Assembly (NCBI GenBank): GCA_964016885.1
Contig: OZ024741.1
Coordinates: 4,588,001-4,652,000 of the forward strand
DNA length: 64,000 nt
Source of the DNA: Eledone cirrhosa
Lineage: Eukaryota
Direction: 5' to 3'
This document shows positions 15,201 to 32,640 of the stretch, piece by piece (the first letter of the stretch is position 1; the number at the start of each line of letters is the position of its first letter). The translations under genes were made by a program, and so were the position numbers. The notes below the pieces were generated by a model. It did not search any database. It saw only the letters and a list, made by a program, of their open reading frames with translations, and was not told the origin of the DNA.

Positions 15201-18200
15201 ATCTAAGACACTATACTACCAATCTAAGACACCATACTACCAATCTAAGACACCATACTACCAATCTAAGACACCATACTACAAATCTAAGACACCATAC
15301 TACCAATCTAAGACACTATTCTACCAATCTAAGACACTATTCTACCAATCTAAGACACTATACTACCACTCAAAGACACTATACTACCAATCTAAGACTC
15401 TATACTACCAATCTAGGACACTATGCTACCAATTTAAGACATGATACTACCAATATAAGACACCATACTACCAATCTAAGACACCATACTACCACTCTAA
15501 GACACCATACTACCAATCTAAGACACCATACTACCAATCTAAGATACTATACTACCAATCTAGGACGTGATACTACCAATCTAAGACACCATACTACCAA
15601 TCTAAGATACCATACTACCAATCTAAGACACCATACTACCAATCTAAGACACCATACTACCAATCTAAGACACTATACTACCAATCTAAGACGCGATACT
15701 ACCAATCTAAGACACCATACTACCAATCTAAGACACTATACTACCAATCTAGGACACCATACCAATCTAAGACACGATACTACCAATCTAAGATACTATA
15801 CTACCAATCTAAGACACTATACTACCAATCTAAGACGCGATACTACCAATCTAAGACAACATACTACCAATCTAAGACACCATACTACCAATCTAGGACA
15901 CTATCCTACCAATCTAAGTCACCATATAACCAATCTAAGACATCAAACTACCAATCTAAGACACTATACTACCAATCTAAGACACTATACTACCAATCTA
16001 AGACACGATACTACCAAGCTAAGACACCATACTACCAATCTAAGACACCATACTACCACTCTAAGACACTATACTACCAATCTAAGACATCATACTACCA
16101 ATCTAGGACACTATACTATCAATCTAAGACAATACTACCAATCTAAGACACTATACTACCGATCTAAGACACTATACTACCAATCTAAGACATCAAACTA
16201 CCAATCTAAGACACTATACTACCAATCTAAGACACTATACTACCAATCTAAGACACGATACTACCAAGCTAAGACACCATACTACCAATCTAAGACACTA
16301 TACTACCAATCTAAGACACGATACTACCAAGCTAAGACACCATACTACCAATCTAGGACACTATACTACCAATCTAAGACACGATACTACCAATCTAAGA
16401 CACCATGCTACCAATCTAGGACACTATACTACCAATCTAGGACACTATACTACCAATCTAAGACACTATACTACCAATCTAAGACACTATACTACCAATC
16501 TAAGACACGATACTACCAAGCTAAGACACCGTACTACCAATCTAGGACACTATACTACCAATCTAAGACACCATACTACCACTCTAAGACACTATACCAC
16601 CAATCTAAGACACTATACTACCAATCTAAGACACGATACTATCACTCTAGGACACTATACTACCAATCCAAGACACCATACTACCAATCTAAGACACTAT
16701 ACTACCAATCCAAGACACTATACTACCAATCCAAGACACTATACTACCAATCCAAGACACCTTACTACCAATCTAAGACACCATACTACCAATCTAAGAC
16801 ACCATACTACCAATCGAAAACACCATGCTACCAATCTTAGACACCATACTACCAATCTAAGACACCATACTACCAATCTAAGACTCCATACTACCAATCT
16901 AAGACACGATACTACCAATCTAAGACACTATACTACCAATCTAAGACACCATGCTACCAATCTAAGACACACTACTACCAATCTAAGACACTATACTACC
17001 AATCTAAGACACCATACTACCAATCTAAGACACTATACTACCAATCTTGGACACTATACTACCAATCGAGGACACTATACTACCAATCTAAGACATGATA
17101 CTACCAATCTAAGACACCATACTACCAATCAAAGACACTATACTACCAATCTAAGACACCATACTACCAATCTAAGACACGATACTACCAATCTAAGACA
17201 CTATACTACCAATCTAAGACACCATGCTACCAATCTAAGACACACTACTACCAATCTAAGACACTATACTACCAATCTAAGACAATATACTACCAATCTA
17301 GGATACTATGCTACCAATCTAAGACACCATACTACCAATCAAAGACACCATACTACCAATCTAAGACACTATACTACCAATCTAAGACACTATACTACCA
17401 ATCTAAGACACTATACTACCAATCTAAGACACTTTACTACCAATCTAAGACACTTTACTACCAATCTAAGACACCATACTACCAATCTAAGACACCATAC
17501 TACCAATCTAGGACACTATACTACCAATCTAGGACACTATACTACCAATCTAAGGCATGATACTACCAAACTAAGACACCATACTACCAATCAAAGACAC
17601 TATACTACCAATCTAAGACACTATACTACCAATCTAGGACACTATACTACCAATCTAAGACACTATACTACCAATCTAAGACACTATACTACCAATCTAA
17701 GACACTATACTACCAATCTAAGACACTATACTACCAATCTAAGACACTATACTACCAATCTAAGACACGATACTACCAAGCTAAGACACCATACTACCAA
17801 TCTAGGACACTATACTACCAAACTAATACACGATACTACCAATCTAAGACACCATGCCACCAATCTAGGACACTATACTACCAATCTAGGACACTATAAT
17901 ACCAATCTAAGACACTATACTACCAATCGAAGACACCATACTACCAATCTAAGACATTATACTACCAATCTAAGACACCATGCTACCAATCTAGGACACT
18001 ATACTACCAATCTAAGACACTATACTACCAATCTAAGACACTATACTACCAAGCGAAGACACCATACTACCAATCTAAGACATTATACTACCAATCTAAG
18101 ACACCATGCTACCAATCTAGGACACCATGCTACCAATCTAGGACACCATGCTACCAATCTAGGACACTATACTACCAATCTAAGACACTATACTACCAAT

Positions 18201-21200
18201 CTAAGACACTATACTACCAATCTAAGACACTATACTACCAATCGAAGACACCATACTACCAATCTAAGACATTATACTACCAATCTAAGACACCATGCTA
18301 CCAATCTAGGACACCATGCTACCAATCTAGGACACTATACTACCAATCTAAGACACTATACTACCAATCTAAGACACCATACTACCAATCTAAGACACCA
18401 TACTACCAATCTAGGACACTATACTACCAATCTAAGACTCCATACTACCAATCTAAGACACGATACTACCAATCTAAGACACTATACTACCAATATAAGA
18501 CACCATGCTACCAATCTAAGACACACTACTACCAATCTAAGACACTATACTACCAATCTAAGACACCATACTACCAATCTAGGATACTATGCTACCAATC
18601 TAAGACACCATACTACCAATCAAAGACACTATCCTACCAATCTAAGACACTATACTACCAATCTAAGACACGATACTACCAATCTAAGACAGCATACTAC
18701 CAATCAAAGACACCATACTACCAATCTAAGACACCATACTACCAATCTAAGACACGATACTACCAATCTAAGACACTATACTACCAATCTAAGACACCAT
18801 GCTACCAATCTAAGACACACTTATACCAATCTAAGACACTATACTACCAATCTAAGACACTATACTACCAATCTAGGATACTATGCTACCAATCTAAGAC
18901 ACCATACTACCAATCAAAGACACTATACTACCAATCTAAGACACTATACTACCAATCTAAGACACTATACTACCAATCTAAGACACTATACTACCAATCT
19001 TTGACACGATACTACCAATCTAAGACACCATACTACCAATCTAAGACACCATACTACCAATCTAGGACACTATACTACCAATCTAGGACACTATACTACC
19101 AATCTAAGACATGATACTACCAATCTAAGACACCATACTACCAATCAAAGACACTATACTACCAATCTAAGACACTATACTACCAATCTAGGACACTATA
19201 CTACCAATCTAAGACACGATACTACCAATCTAAGACACGATACTACCAATCTAAGACACCATACTACCAATCTAAGACACTATACTTCCAATCTAAGACA
19301 CTATACTACCAATCTAAGACACTATACTACCACTCTAAGACACTACACTACCAATCTAAGACACTATACTACCACTCTAAGACACCATACTACCAATCTA
19401 AGACACTATACTACCAATCTAAGACACGATACTACCAAGCTAAGACACCATACTACCAATCTCGGACACTATACTACCAATCTAAGACACGATACTACCA
19501 ATCTAAGACACGATACTACCAATCTAAGACACCATGCTACCAATCTAGGACACTATACTACCAATCTAGGACACTATAATACCAATCTAAGACACTATAC
19601 TACCAATCGAAGACACCATACTACCAATCGAAGACACCATACTACCAATCGAAGACACCATACTACCAATCTAAGACACCATGCTACCAATCTAGGACAC
19701 TATACTACCAATCTAAGACACTATACTACCAATCTAAGACACTATACTACCAATCTAAGACACTATACTACCAATCTAAGACACTATACTACCAATCTAA
19801 GACACTATACTACCAATCTAAGACACTATACTACCAATCTAAGACACTATACTACCAATCTAAGACACGATACTACCAAGCTAAGACACCATACTACCAA
19901 TCTAAGACACCATACTAACACTCTAAGACACTATACTACCAATCTAAGACATCATACTACCAATCTAGGACACTATACTATCAATCTAAGACAATACTAC
20001 CAATCTAAGACACTATACTACCGATCTAAGACACTATACTACCAATCTAAGACAAGACACTACCAATCTAAGACACCATTCTCCCAATCTAAGACACGAT
20101 GCTACCAATCTAAGACACCATACTACCACTCTAAGACACCATACTACCAATCTAAGACACGATACTACCAATCTAAGACACCATACTACCAATCTAAGAC
20201 ACGATACTACCAATCTAAGACACGATACTACCAATCTAAGACACGATACTACCAATCTAAGACACGATACTACCAATCTAAGACACGATACTACCAATCT
20301 AAGACATGATACTACCACTCTAAGACACCATACTACCAATCTAAGACACTATACTACCAATCTAAGATACTATACTACCAATCTAAGACACTATACTACC
20401 AATCTAAGACACCATACTACCAATCTAAGACACCATACTACCAATCTAAGACACCATACTACAAATCTAAGACACCATACTACCAATCTAAGACACCATA
20501 CTACCAATCTAAGACACTATTCTACCAATCTAAGACACTATTCTACCAATCTAAGACACTATACTACCACTCAAAGACACTATACTACCAATCTAAGACT
20601 CTATACTACCAATCTAGGACACTATGCTACCAATTTAAGACATGATACTACCAATATAAGACACCATACTACCAATCTAAGACACCATACTACCACTCTA
20701 AGACACCATACTACCAATCTAAGACACCATACTACCAATCTAAGATACTATACTACCAATCTAAGACACTATACTACCAATCTAGGACAACACACTACCA
20801 ATCTAAGACACCATACTACCGATCTAAGACACCATACTACCAATCTAGGACACTATACTACCAATCTAGGACGTGATACTACCAATCTAAGACACCATAC
20901 TACCAATCTAAGATACCATACTACCAATCTAAGACACCATACTACCAATCTAAGACACCATACTAACAATCTAAGACACCATACTACCAATCTAAGACAC
21001 CATACTACCAATCTAAGACACTATACTACCAATCTAAGACGCGATACTACCAATCTAAGACACCATACTACCAATCTAAGATACTATACTACCAATCTAA
21101 GACACTATACTACCAATCTAGGACACCATACCAATCTAAGACACGATACTACCAATCTAAGATACTATACTACCAATCTAAGACACTATACTACCAATCT

Positions 21201-24049
21201 AAGACGCGATACTACCAATCTAAGACAACATACTACCAATCTAAGACACCATACTACCAATCTAGGACACTATCCTACCAATCTAAGTCACCATATAACC
21301 AATCTAAGACATCAAACTACCAATCTAAGACACTATACTACCAATCTAAGACACTATACTACCAATCTAAGACACTATACTACCAATCTAAGACACGATA
21401 CTACCAAGCTAAGACACCATACTACCAATCTAGGACACTATACTACCAATCTAAGACACGATACTACCAATCTAAGACACCATGCTACCAATCTAGGACA
21501 CTATACTACCAATCTAGGACACTATACTACCAATCTAAGACACTATACTACCAATCTAAGACACTATACTACCAATCTAAGACACGATACTACCAAGCTA
21601 AGACACCGTACTACCAATCTAGGACACTATACTACCAATCTAAGACACCATACTACCAATCTAAGACAACATACTACCAATCTAGGACACTATACTAACA
21701 ATCTAAGACACTATACTAACAATCTAAGACACTATACTAACAATCTAAGACACTATACTAACAATCTAAGACACTATACTACCAATCTAAGACACTATAC
21801 TACCAATCTAAGACACTATACTACCAATCTAAGGCACTATACTACCTTTCTAAGGCACCATACTACCAATCTAAGACATCATACTACCAATCTAAGACAT
21901 CATACTACCAATCTAAGGCACTATACTACCAATCTAGGACACTATCCTACCAATCTAAGTCACCATATAACCAATCTAAGACATCAGACTACCAATCTAA
22001 GACACTATACTACCAATCTAAGACACTATACTACCAATCTAAGACACTATACTACCAATCTAAGACACTATACTACCAATCTAAGACACTATACTACCAA
22101 TCTAAGACACGATACTATCACTCTAGGACACTATACTACCAATCCAAGACACCATACTACCAATCTAGGACACTATACTACCAATCTAAGACACGATACT
22201 ACCAATCTAAGACACCATGCTACCAATCTAGGACACTATACTACCAATCTAGGACACTATACTACCAATCTAAGACACTATACTACCAATCCAAGACACT
22301 ATACTACCAATCCAAGACACTATACTACCAATCCAAGACACCTTACTACCAATCTAAGACACCATACTACCAATCTAAGACACCATACTACCAATCTAAG
22401 ACACCATACTACCAATCGAAAACACCATGCTACCAATCTTAGACACCATACTACCAATCTAAGACACCATACTACCAATCTAAGACTCCATACTACCAAT
22501 CTAAGACACGATACTACCAATCTAAGACACGATACTACCAATCTAAGACACTATACTACCAATCTAAGACACCATGCTACCAATCTAAGACACTATACTA
22601 CCAATCGAGGACACTATACTACCAATCTAAGACATGATACTACCAATCTAAGACACCATACTACCAATCAAAGACACTATACTACCAATCTAAGACACCA
22701 TACTACCAATCTAAGACACGATACTACCAATCTAAGACACTATACTACCAATCTAAGACACCATGCTACCAATCTAAGACACACTACTACCAATCTAAGA
22801 CACTATACTACCAATCTAAGACACTATACTACCAATCTAGGATACTATGCTACCAATCTAAGACACCATACTACCAATCAAAGACACCATACTACCAATC
22901 TAAGACACTATACTACCAATCTAAGACACTATACTACCAATCTAAGACACTATACTACCAATCTAAGACATGATACTACCAATCTAAGACACCATACTAC
23001 CAATCTAGGACACTATACTACCAATCTAGGACACTATACTACCAATCTAAGACATGATACTACCAATCTAAGACACCATACTACCAATCAAAGACACTAT
23101 ACTACCAATCTAAGACACTATACTACCAATCTAGGACACTATACTACCAATCTAAGACACGATACTACCAATCTAAGACACCATACTACCAATCTAAGAC
23201 ACTATACCACCAATCTAAGACACTATACTACCAATCTAAGACACCATACTACCAATCTAAGACATTATACTACCAATCTAAGACACTATACTACCAATCT
23301 AAGACACAACACTACCAATCTAAGACACCATACTACCAATCTAAGACACCATACTACCAATCTAAGACACCATACTACCAATCTAAGACACCATACTACC
23401 AATCTAGGACACTATACTATCAATCTAAGACACTATACTACCGATCTAAGACACTATACTACCAATCTAAGACAAGACACTACCAATCTAAGACACCATT
23501 CTCCAAATCTAAGACACGATACTACCAATCTAAGACACCATACTACCAATCTAAGACACGATACTACCAATCTAAGACAGCATACTACCAATCTAAGACA
23601 CTATACTACCAATCTAAGACAGAATACTACCAATCTAAGACACTATACTACCAATCTAGGACACTATCCTACCAATCTAAGTCACCATATAACCAATCTA
23701 AGACATCAGACTACCAATCTAAGACACTATACTACCAATCTAAGACACTATACTACCAATCTAAGACACTATACTACCAATCTAAGACACTATACTACCA
23801 ATCTTAGACACTATACTACCAATCTAAGACACGATACTACCAAGCTAAGACACCATACTACCAAGCTAAGACACCATACTACCAATCTAGGACACTATAC
23901 TACCAATCTAAGACATTATACTACCAATCTAAGACACCATGCTACCAATCTAGGACACCATGCTACCAATCTAGGACACTATACTACCAATCTAGGACAC
24001 TATACTACCAATCTAAGACACTATACTACCAATCTAAGACACGATACTA

Positions 24050-25390
24050 CCAAGCTAAGACACGATACTACCAAGCTAAGACACCATACTACCAATCTAG
24101 GACACTATACTACCACTCTAAGACACCAATCTACCAATCTAAGACATCATACTACCAATCTAAGACACTATACTACCAATCTAAGACAGAATACTACCAA
24201 TCTAAGACACTATACTACCAATCTAGGACACTATCCTACCAATCTAAGTCACCATATTACCAATCTAAGACATCAGACTACCAATCTAAGACACTATACT
24301 ACCAATCTAAGACACTATACTACCAAGCTAAGACACCATACTACCAATCTAGGACACTATACTACCAATCTAAGACACGATACTACCAATCTAAGACACC
24401 ATGCTACCAATCTAGGACACTATACTACCAATCTAGGACACTATACTACCAATCTAAGACACTATACTACCAATCTAAGACACTATACTACCAATCTAAG
24501 ACACTATACTACCAATCTAAGACACGATACTACCAATCTAAGACACCATGCTACCAATCTAGGACACTATACTACCAATCTAGGACACTATACTACCAAT
24601 CTAGGACACTATACTACCAATCTAAGACACTATACTACCAATCTAAGACACTATACTTCCAATCTAAGACACTATACTACCAATCTAAGACACAATACTA
24701 CCAATCTAAGATACTATACTACCAATCTAAGACACTATACTACCAATCTAAGATACTATACTACCAATCTAAGACACGATACTACCACTCTAAGACACCA
24801 TATTACCAATCTAAGACACGATACTACCAATCTAAGATACTATACTACCAATCTAAGACACTATACTACCAATCTAAGATACTATACTACCAATCTAAGT
24901 CACTATACTACCAATCTACGACACCATACTACCAATCTAAGACACCATACTACCAATCTAAGACACCATACTATCAATCTCAGACACCATACTACCAATC
25001 TAAGACACCATACTACCAATCTAAGACACTATGCTACCAATCTAAGACACGATACTACCAATCTAAGATACTATACTACCAATCTAAGACACTATACTAC
25101 CAATCTAAGATACTATACTACCAAACTAAGACACGATACTACCACTCTAAGACACCATACTACCAATCTAAGACACGATACTACCAATCTAAGATACTAT
25201 ACTACCAATCTAAGACACAATACTACCAATCTAAGACACCATACTACCAATCTAAGACACCATACTACCAATCTAAGACACCATACTCCCAATCTAAGAC
25301 ACCATACTACCAATCTAGGACACTATACTATCAATCTAAGACTATACTACCGATCTAAGACACTATACTACCAATCTAAGACAAGACACT
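24050..25390 (+). repeat. Dispersed duplicated block, copy A (copy B about 43560-44900)
   Basis: Markers GACACCAATCTACC 24121/43631, TCTACG 24915/44425 and the AAGACTATA deletion unit 25341/44851 all lie at offset 19510. Confidence 0.9.
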
Positions 25391-28300
25391 TCCAATCTAA
25401 GACACCATTCTCCAAATCTAAGACACCATACTACCAATCTAAGACACCATACTACCAATCTAGGACACTATACTACCAATCTAAGACTCCATACTACCAA
25501 TCTAAGACACGATACTACCAATCTAAGACACTATACTACCAATCTAAGACACCATGCTACCAATCTAAGACACACTACTACCAATCTAAGACACACTACT
25601 ACCAATCTAAGACACTATACTACCAATCTAAGACACCATACTACCAATCTAAGACACTATACTACCACTCTAAGACACTACACTACCAATCTAAGACACT
25701 ATACTACCACTCTAAGACACCATACTACCAATCTAAGACATTATGCTACCAATCTAAGACACTATACTACCAATCTAAGACACAATACTACCAATCTAAG
25801 ACACCATACTACCAATCTAAGACACCATACTACCAATCTAAGACACCATACTACCAATCTAAGACACAATACTACCAATCTAAGACACCATACTACCAAT
25901 CTAAGACACTATACTACCAATCTAGGACACTATACTACCAATCTAGGACACTATACTACCAATCTAAGACATGATACTACCAATCTAAGACACCATACTA
26001 CCAATCTAAGACACCATACTACCAATCAAAGACACTATACTACCAATCTAAGACACCATACTACCAATCTAAGACACGATACTACCAATCTAAGACACTA
26101 TACTACCAATCTAAGACACCATGCTACCAATCTAAGACACACTACTACCAATCTAAGACACTATACTACCAATCTAAGACACTATACTACCAATCTAGGA
26201 TATTATGCTACCAATCTAAGACACCATACTACCAATCAAAGACACTATACTACCAATCTCAGACACTATACGACCAATGTAAGACACTATACTACCAATC
26301 TAAGACACGATACTACCAATCTAAGACACGATACTACCAATCTAAGACACCATACTACCAATCTAGGACACTATACTACCAATCTAGGACACTATACTAC
26401 CAATCTAAGACACGATACTACCAATCTAAGACACCATACTACCAATCTAGGACACTATACTACCAATCTAGGACACTATACTACCGATCTAAGACACTAT
26501 ACTACCAATCTAAGACAAGACACTACCAATCTAAGACACCATACTACCAATCTAAGACATCATACTACCAATCTAAGACACTATACTACCAATCTAAGAC
26601 AGAATACTACCAATCTAAGACACTATACTACCAATCTAGGACACTATCCTACCAATCTAAGTCACCATATAACCAATCTAAGACATCAGACTACCAATCT
26701 AAGACACTATACTACCAATCTAAGACACTATACTACCAATCTAAGACACTATACTACCAATCTAAGACACTATACTACCAATCTAAGACACGATACTACC
26801 AAGCTAAGACACCATACTACCAATCTAGGACACTATACTACCAATCTAAGACACGATACTACCAATCTAAGACACCATGCTACCAATCTAGGACACTATA
26901 CTACCAATCTAGGACACTATACTACCAATCTAAGACACAAAACTACCAATCTAAGACATGATACTACCAATCTAAGACACTATACTACCAATCAAAGACA
27001 CTATACTACCAATCTAAGACACTATACTACCAATCTAGGACACTATACTACCGATCTAAGACACGATACTACCAATCTAAGACACCATACTACCAATCTA
27101 AGACACTACACTACCAATCTAAGACACTATACTACCACTCTAAGACACCATACTACCAATCTAAGACATTATGCTACCAATCTAAGACACTATACTACCA
27201 ATCTAAGACACAATACTACCAATCTAAGACACCATACTACCAATCTAAGACACTATACTACCAATCTAGGACACTATACTACCAATCTAGGACACTATAC
27301 TACCAATCTAGGACACTATACTACCAATCTAAGACATGATACTACCAATCAAAGACACCATACTACCAATCAAAGACACTATACTACCAATCTAAGACAC
27401 CATACTACCAATCTAAGACACGATACTACCAATCTAAGACACTATACTACCAATCTAAGACACCATGCTACCAATCTAAGACACACTACTACCAATCTAA
27501 GACACACTACTACCAATCTAAGACACACTACTACCAATCTAAGACACTATACTACCAATCTAGGATATTATGCTACCAATCTAAGACACCATACTACCAA
27601 TCAAAGACACCATACTACCAATCTCAGACACTATACTACCAATATAAGACACCATGCTACCAATCTAAGACACACTACTACCAATCTAAGACACTATACT
27701 ACCAATCTAAGACACCATACTACCAATCTAGGATACTATGCTACCAATCTAAGACACCATACTACCGATCAAAGACACCATACTACCGATCAAAGACACT
27801 ATCCTACCAATCTAAGACACTATACTACCAATCTAAGACACTATACTACCAATCTAAGACACGATACTACCAATCTAAGACACCATACTACCAATCTAAG
27901 ACACCATACTACCAATCTAAGACACGATACTACCAATCTAAGACACTATACTACCAATCTAAGACACCATGCTACCAATCTAAGACACACTTATACCAAT
28001 CTAAGACACTATACTACCAATCTAAGACACTATACTACCAATCTAAGACACTATGCTACCAATCTAAGACACTATACTACCAATCTAAGACACTATACTA
28101 CCAATCTAAGACACGATACTACCAATCTAAGACACCATGCTACCAATCTAGGACACTATACTACCAATCTAGGACACTATACTACCAATCTAAGACACAA
28201 AACTACCAATCTAAGACATGATACTACCAATCTAAGACACTATACTACCAATCAAAGACACTATACTACCAATCTAAGACACTATACTACCAATCTAGGA

Positions 28301-29559
28301 CACTATACTACCAATCTAAGACACGATACTACCAATCTAAGACACCATACTACCAATCTAAGACACTATACTACCAATCTAAGACACTATACTACCAATC
28401 TAAGACACTATACTACCACTCTAAGACACTACACTACCAATCTAAGACACTATACTACCAATCTAAGACACTATACTACCAATCTAAGACACTATACTAC
28501 CAATCTAAGACACTATACTACCAATCTAAGACACGATACTACCAAGCTAAGACACCATACTACCAATCTAGGACACTATACTACCAAACTAATACACGAT
28601 ACTACCAATCTAAGACACCATGCTACCAATCTAGGACACTATACTACCAATCTAGGACACTATAATACCAATCTAAGACACTATACTACCAATCGAAGAC
28701 ACCATACTACCAATCTAAGACATTATACTACCAATCTAAGACACCATGCTACCAATCTAGGACACTATACTACCAATCTAAGACACTATACTACCAATCT
28801 AAGACACTATACTACCAAGCGAAGACACCATACTACCAATCTAAGACATTATACTACCAATCTAAGACACCATGCTACCAATCTAGGACACCATGCTACC
28901 AATCTAGGACACCATGCTACCAATCTAGGACACTATACTACCAATCTAAGACACTATACTACCAATCTAAGACACTATACTACCAATCTAAGACACTATA
29001 CTACCAATCGAAGACACCATACTACCAATCTAAGACATTATACTACCAATCTAAGACACCATGCTACCAATCTAGGACACCATGCTACCAATCTAGGACA
29101 CTATACTACCAATCTAAGACACTATACTACCAATCTAAGACACCATACTACCAATCTAAGACACCATACTACCAATCTAGGACACTATACTACCAATCTA
29201 AGACTCCATACTACCAATCTAAGACACGATACTACCAATCTAAGTCACGATACTACCAATCTAAGACACGATACTACCAATCTAAGACACTATACTACCA
29301 ATATAAGACACCATGCTACCAATCTAAGACACACTACTACCAATCTAAGACACTATACTACCAATCTAAGACACCATACTACCAATCTAGGATACTATGC
29401 TACCAATCTAAGACACCATACTACCAATCAAAGACACTATCCTACCAATCTAAGACACTATACTACCAATCTAAGACACTATACTACCAATCTAAGACAC
29501 TATACTACCAATCTAAGACACGATACTACCAATCTAAGACACCATACTACCAATCTAAG

Positions 29560-32500
29560 ACACCATACTACCAATCTAAGACACGATACTACCAATCTAA
29601 GACACTATACTACCAATCTAAGACACCATGCTACCAATCTAAGACACACTTATACCAATCTAAGACACTATACTACCAATCTAAGACACTATACTACCAA
29701 TCTAGGATACTATGCTACCAATCTAAGACACCATACTACCAATCAAAGACACTATACTACCAATCTAAGACACTATACTACCAATCTAAGACACTATACT
29801 ACCAATCTAAGACACTATACTACCAATCTTTGACACGATACTACCAATCTAAGACACGATACTACCAATCTAAGACACCATACTACCAATCTAGGACACT
29901 ATACTACCAATCTAAGACACTATACTACCAATCTAAGACACCATACTACCAATCTAAGACACCATACTACCAATCTAGGACACTATACTACCAATCTAAG
30001 ACTCCATACTATCAATCTAAGACACGATACTACCAATCTAAGACACTATACTACCAATATAAGACACCATACTACCAATCTAGGATACTATGCTACCAAT
30101 CTAAGACACCATACTACCAATCAAAGACACTATCCTACCAATCTAAGACACTATACTACCAATCTAAGACACCATACTACCAATCTAAGACACGATACTA
30201 CCAATCTAAGACACCATACTACCAATCTAAGACACCATACTACCAATCTAAGACACGATACTACCAATCTAAGACACCATGCTACCAATCTAAGACACAC
30301 TTATACCAATCTAAGACACTATACTACCAATCTAAGACACTATACTACCAATCTAAGACACTATACTACCAATCTAAGACACGATACTACCAAGCTAAGA
30401 CACCATACTACCAATCTAGGACACTATACTACCAATCTAAGACATGATACTACCAATCTAAGACACCATGCTACCAATCTAGGACACTATACTACCAATC
30501 TAGGACACTATACTACCAATCTAAGACACAAAACTACCAATCTAAGACATGATACTACCAATCTAAGACACTATACTACCAATCAAAGACACTATACTAC
30601 CAATCTAGGACACTATACTACCAATCTAAGACACGATACTACCAATCTAAGACACCATACTACCAATCTAAGACACTATACTACCAATCTAAGACACTAT
30701 ACTACCAATCTAAGACACTATACTACCACTCTAAGACACTACACTACCAATCTAAGACACTATACTACCACTCTAAGACACCATACTACCAATCTAAGAC
30801 ATTATGCTACCAATCTAAGACACTATACTACCAATCTAAGACACAATACTACCAATCTAAGACACCATACTACCAATCTAAGACACCATACTACCAATCT
30901 AAGACACGATACTACCAATCTAAGACACGATACTACCAATCTAAGACACCATACTACCAATCTAAGACACTATACTACCAATCTAGGACACTATACTACC
31001 AATCTAGGACACTATACTACCAATCTAGGACACTATACTACCAATCTAAGACATGATACTACCAATCAAAGACACCATACTACCAATCTAAGACACGATA
31101 CTACCAATCTAAGACACTATACTACCAATCTAAGACACCATGCTACCAATCTAAGACACACTTATACCAATCTAAGACACTATACTACCAATCTAAGACA
31201 CTATACTACCAATCTAGGATACTATGCTACCAATCTAAGACACCATACTACCAATCAAAGACACTATACTACCAATCTAAGACACTATACTACCAATCTA
31301 AGACACTATACTACCAATCTAAGACACTATACTACCAATCTTTGACACGATACTACCATTCTAAGACACCATACTACCAATCTAAGACACCATACTACCA
31401 ATCTAGGACACTATACTACCAATCTAAGACACTATACTACCAATCTAAGACACCATACTACCAATCTAAGACACCATACTACCAATCTAGGACACTATAC
31501 TACCAATCTAAGACTCCATACTACCAATCTAAGACACGATACTACCAATCTAAGACACTATACTACCAATATAAGACACCATACTACCAATCTAGGATAC
31601 TATGCTACCAATCTAAGACACCATACTACCAATCAAAGACACTATCCTACCAATCTAAGACACTATACTACCAATCTAAGACACCATACTACCAATCTAA
31701 GACACGATACTACCAATCTAAGACACCATACTACCAATCTAAGACACCATACTACCAATCTAAGACACGATACTACCAATCTAAGACACCATGCTACCAA
31801 TCTAAGACACACTTATACCAATCTAAGACACTATACTACCAATCTAAGACACTATACTACCAATCTAAGACACTATACTACCAATCTAAGACACGATACT
31901 ACCAAGCTAAGACACCATACTACCAATCTAGGACACTATACTACCAATCTAAGACATGATACTACCAATCTAAGACACCATGCTACCAATCTAGGACACT
32001 ATACTACCAATCTAGGACACTATACTACCAATCTAAGACACAAAACTACCAATCTAAGACATGATACTACCAATCTAAGACACTATACTACCAATCAAAG
32101 ACACTATACTACCAATCTAAGACACTATACTACCAATCTAGGACACTATACTACCAATCTAAGACACGATACTACCAATCTAAGACACCATACTACCAAT
32201 CTAAGACACTATACTACCAATCTAAGACACTATACTACCAATCTAAGACACTATACTACCAATCTAAGACACTATACTACCAATCTAAGACACTATACTA
32301 CCACTCTAAGACACTACACTACCAATCTAAGACACTATACTACCACTCTGACACCATACTACCAATCTAAGACATTATGCTACCAATCTAAGACACTATA
32401 CTACCAATCTAAGACACAATACTACCAATCTAAGACACCATACTACCAATCTAAGACACCATACTACCAATCTAAGACACGATACTACCAATCTAAGACA

Positions 32501-32640
32501 CCATACTACCAATCTAAGACACTATACTACCAATCTAGGACACTATACTACCAATCTAGGACACTATACTACCAATCTAGGACACTATACTACCAATCTA
32601 AGACATGATACTACCAATCAAAGACACCATACTACCAATC
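29560..32640 (+). repeat. Tandem duplication of 72 monomers (1512 bp)
   Basis: Near-identical 205-codon pseudo-ORFs start at 29830 and 31342 (offset 1512 = 72x21). Shared TCTTTGAC, CACTTATA and ACACAAAACT variants. Confidence 0.9.

Noticed and set aside
29830-31959. Two 205-aa + strand ORFs of YYQSKT(L/P/R) heptads
   Set aside because: The starts are TTG point variants inside the repeat. There is no unique N- or C-terminal sequence or regulatory context, and this frame is broken by frequent TGA/TAA/TAG variants.
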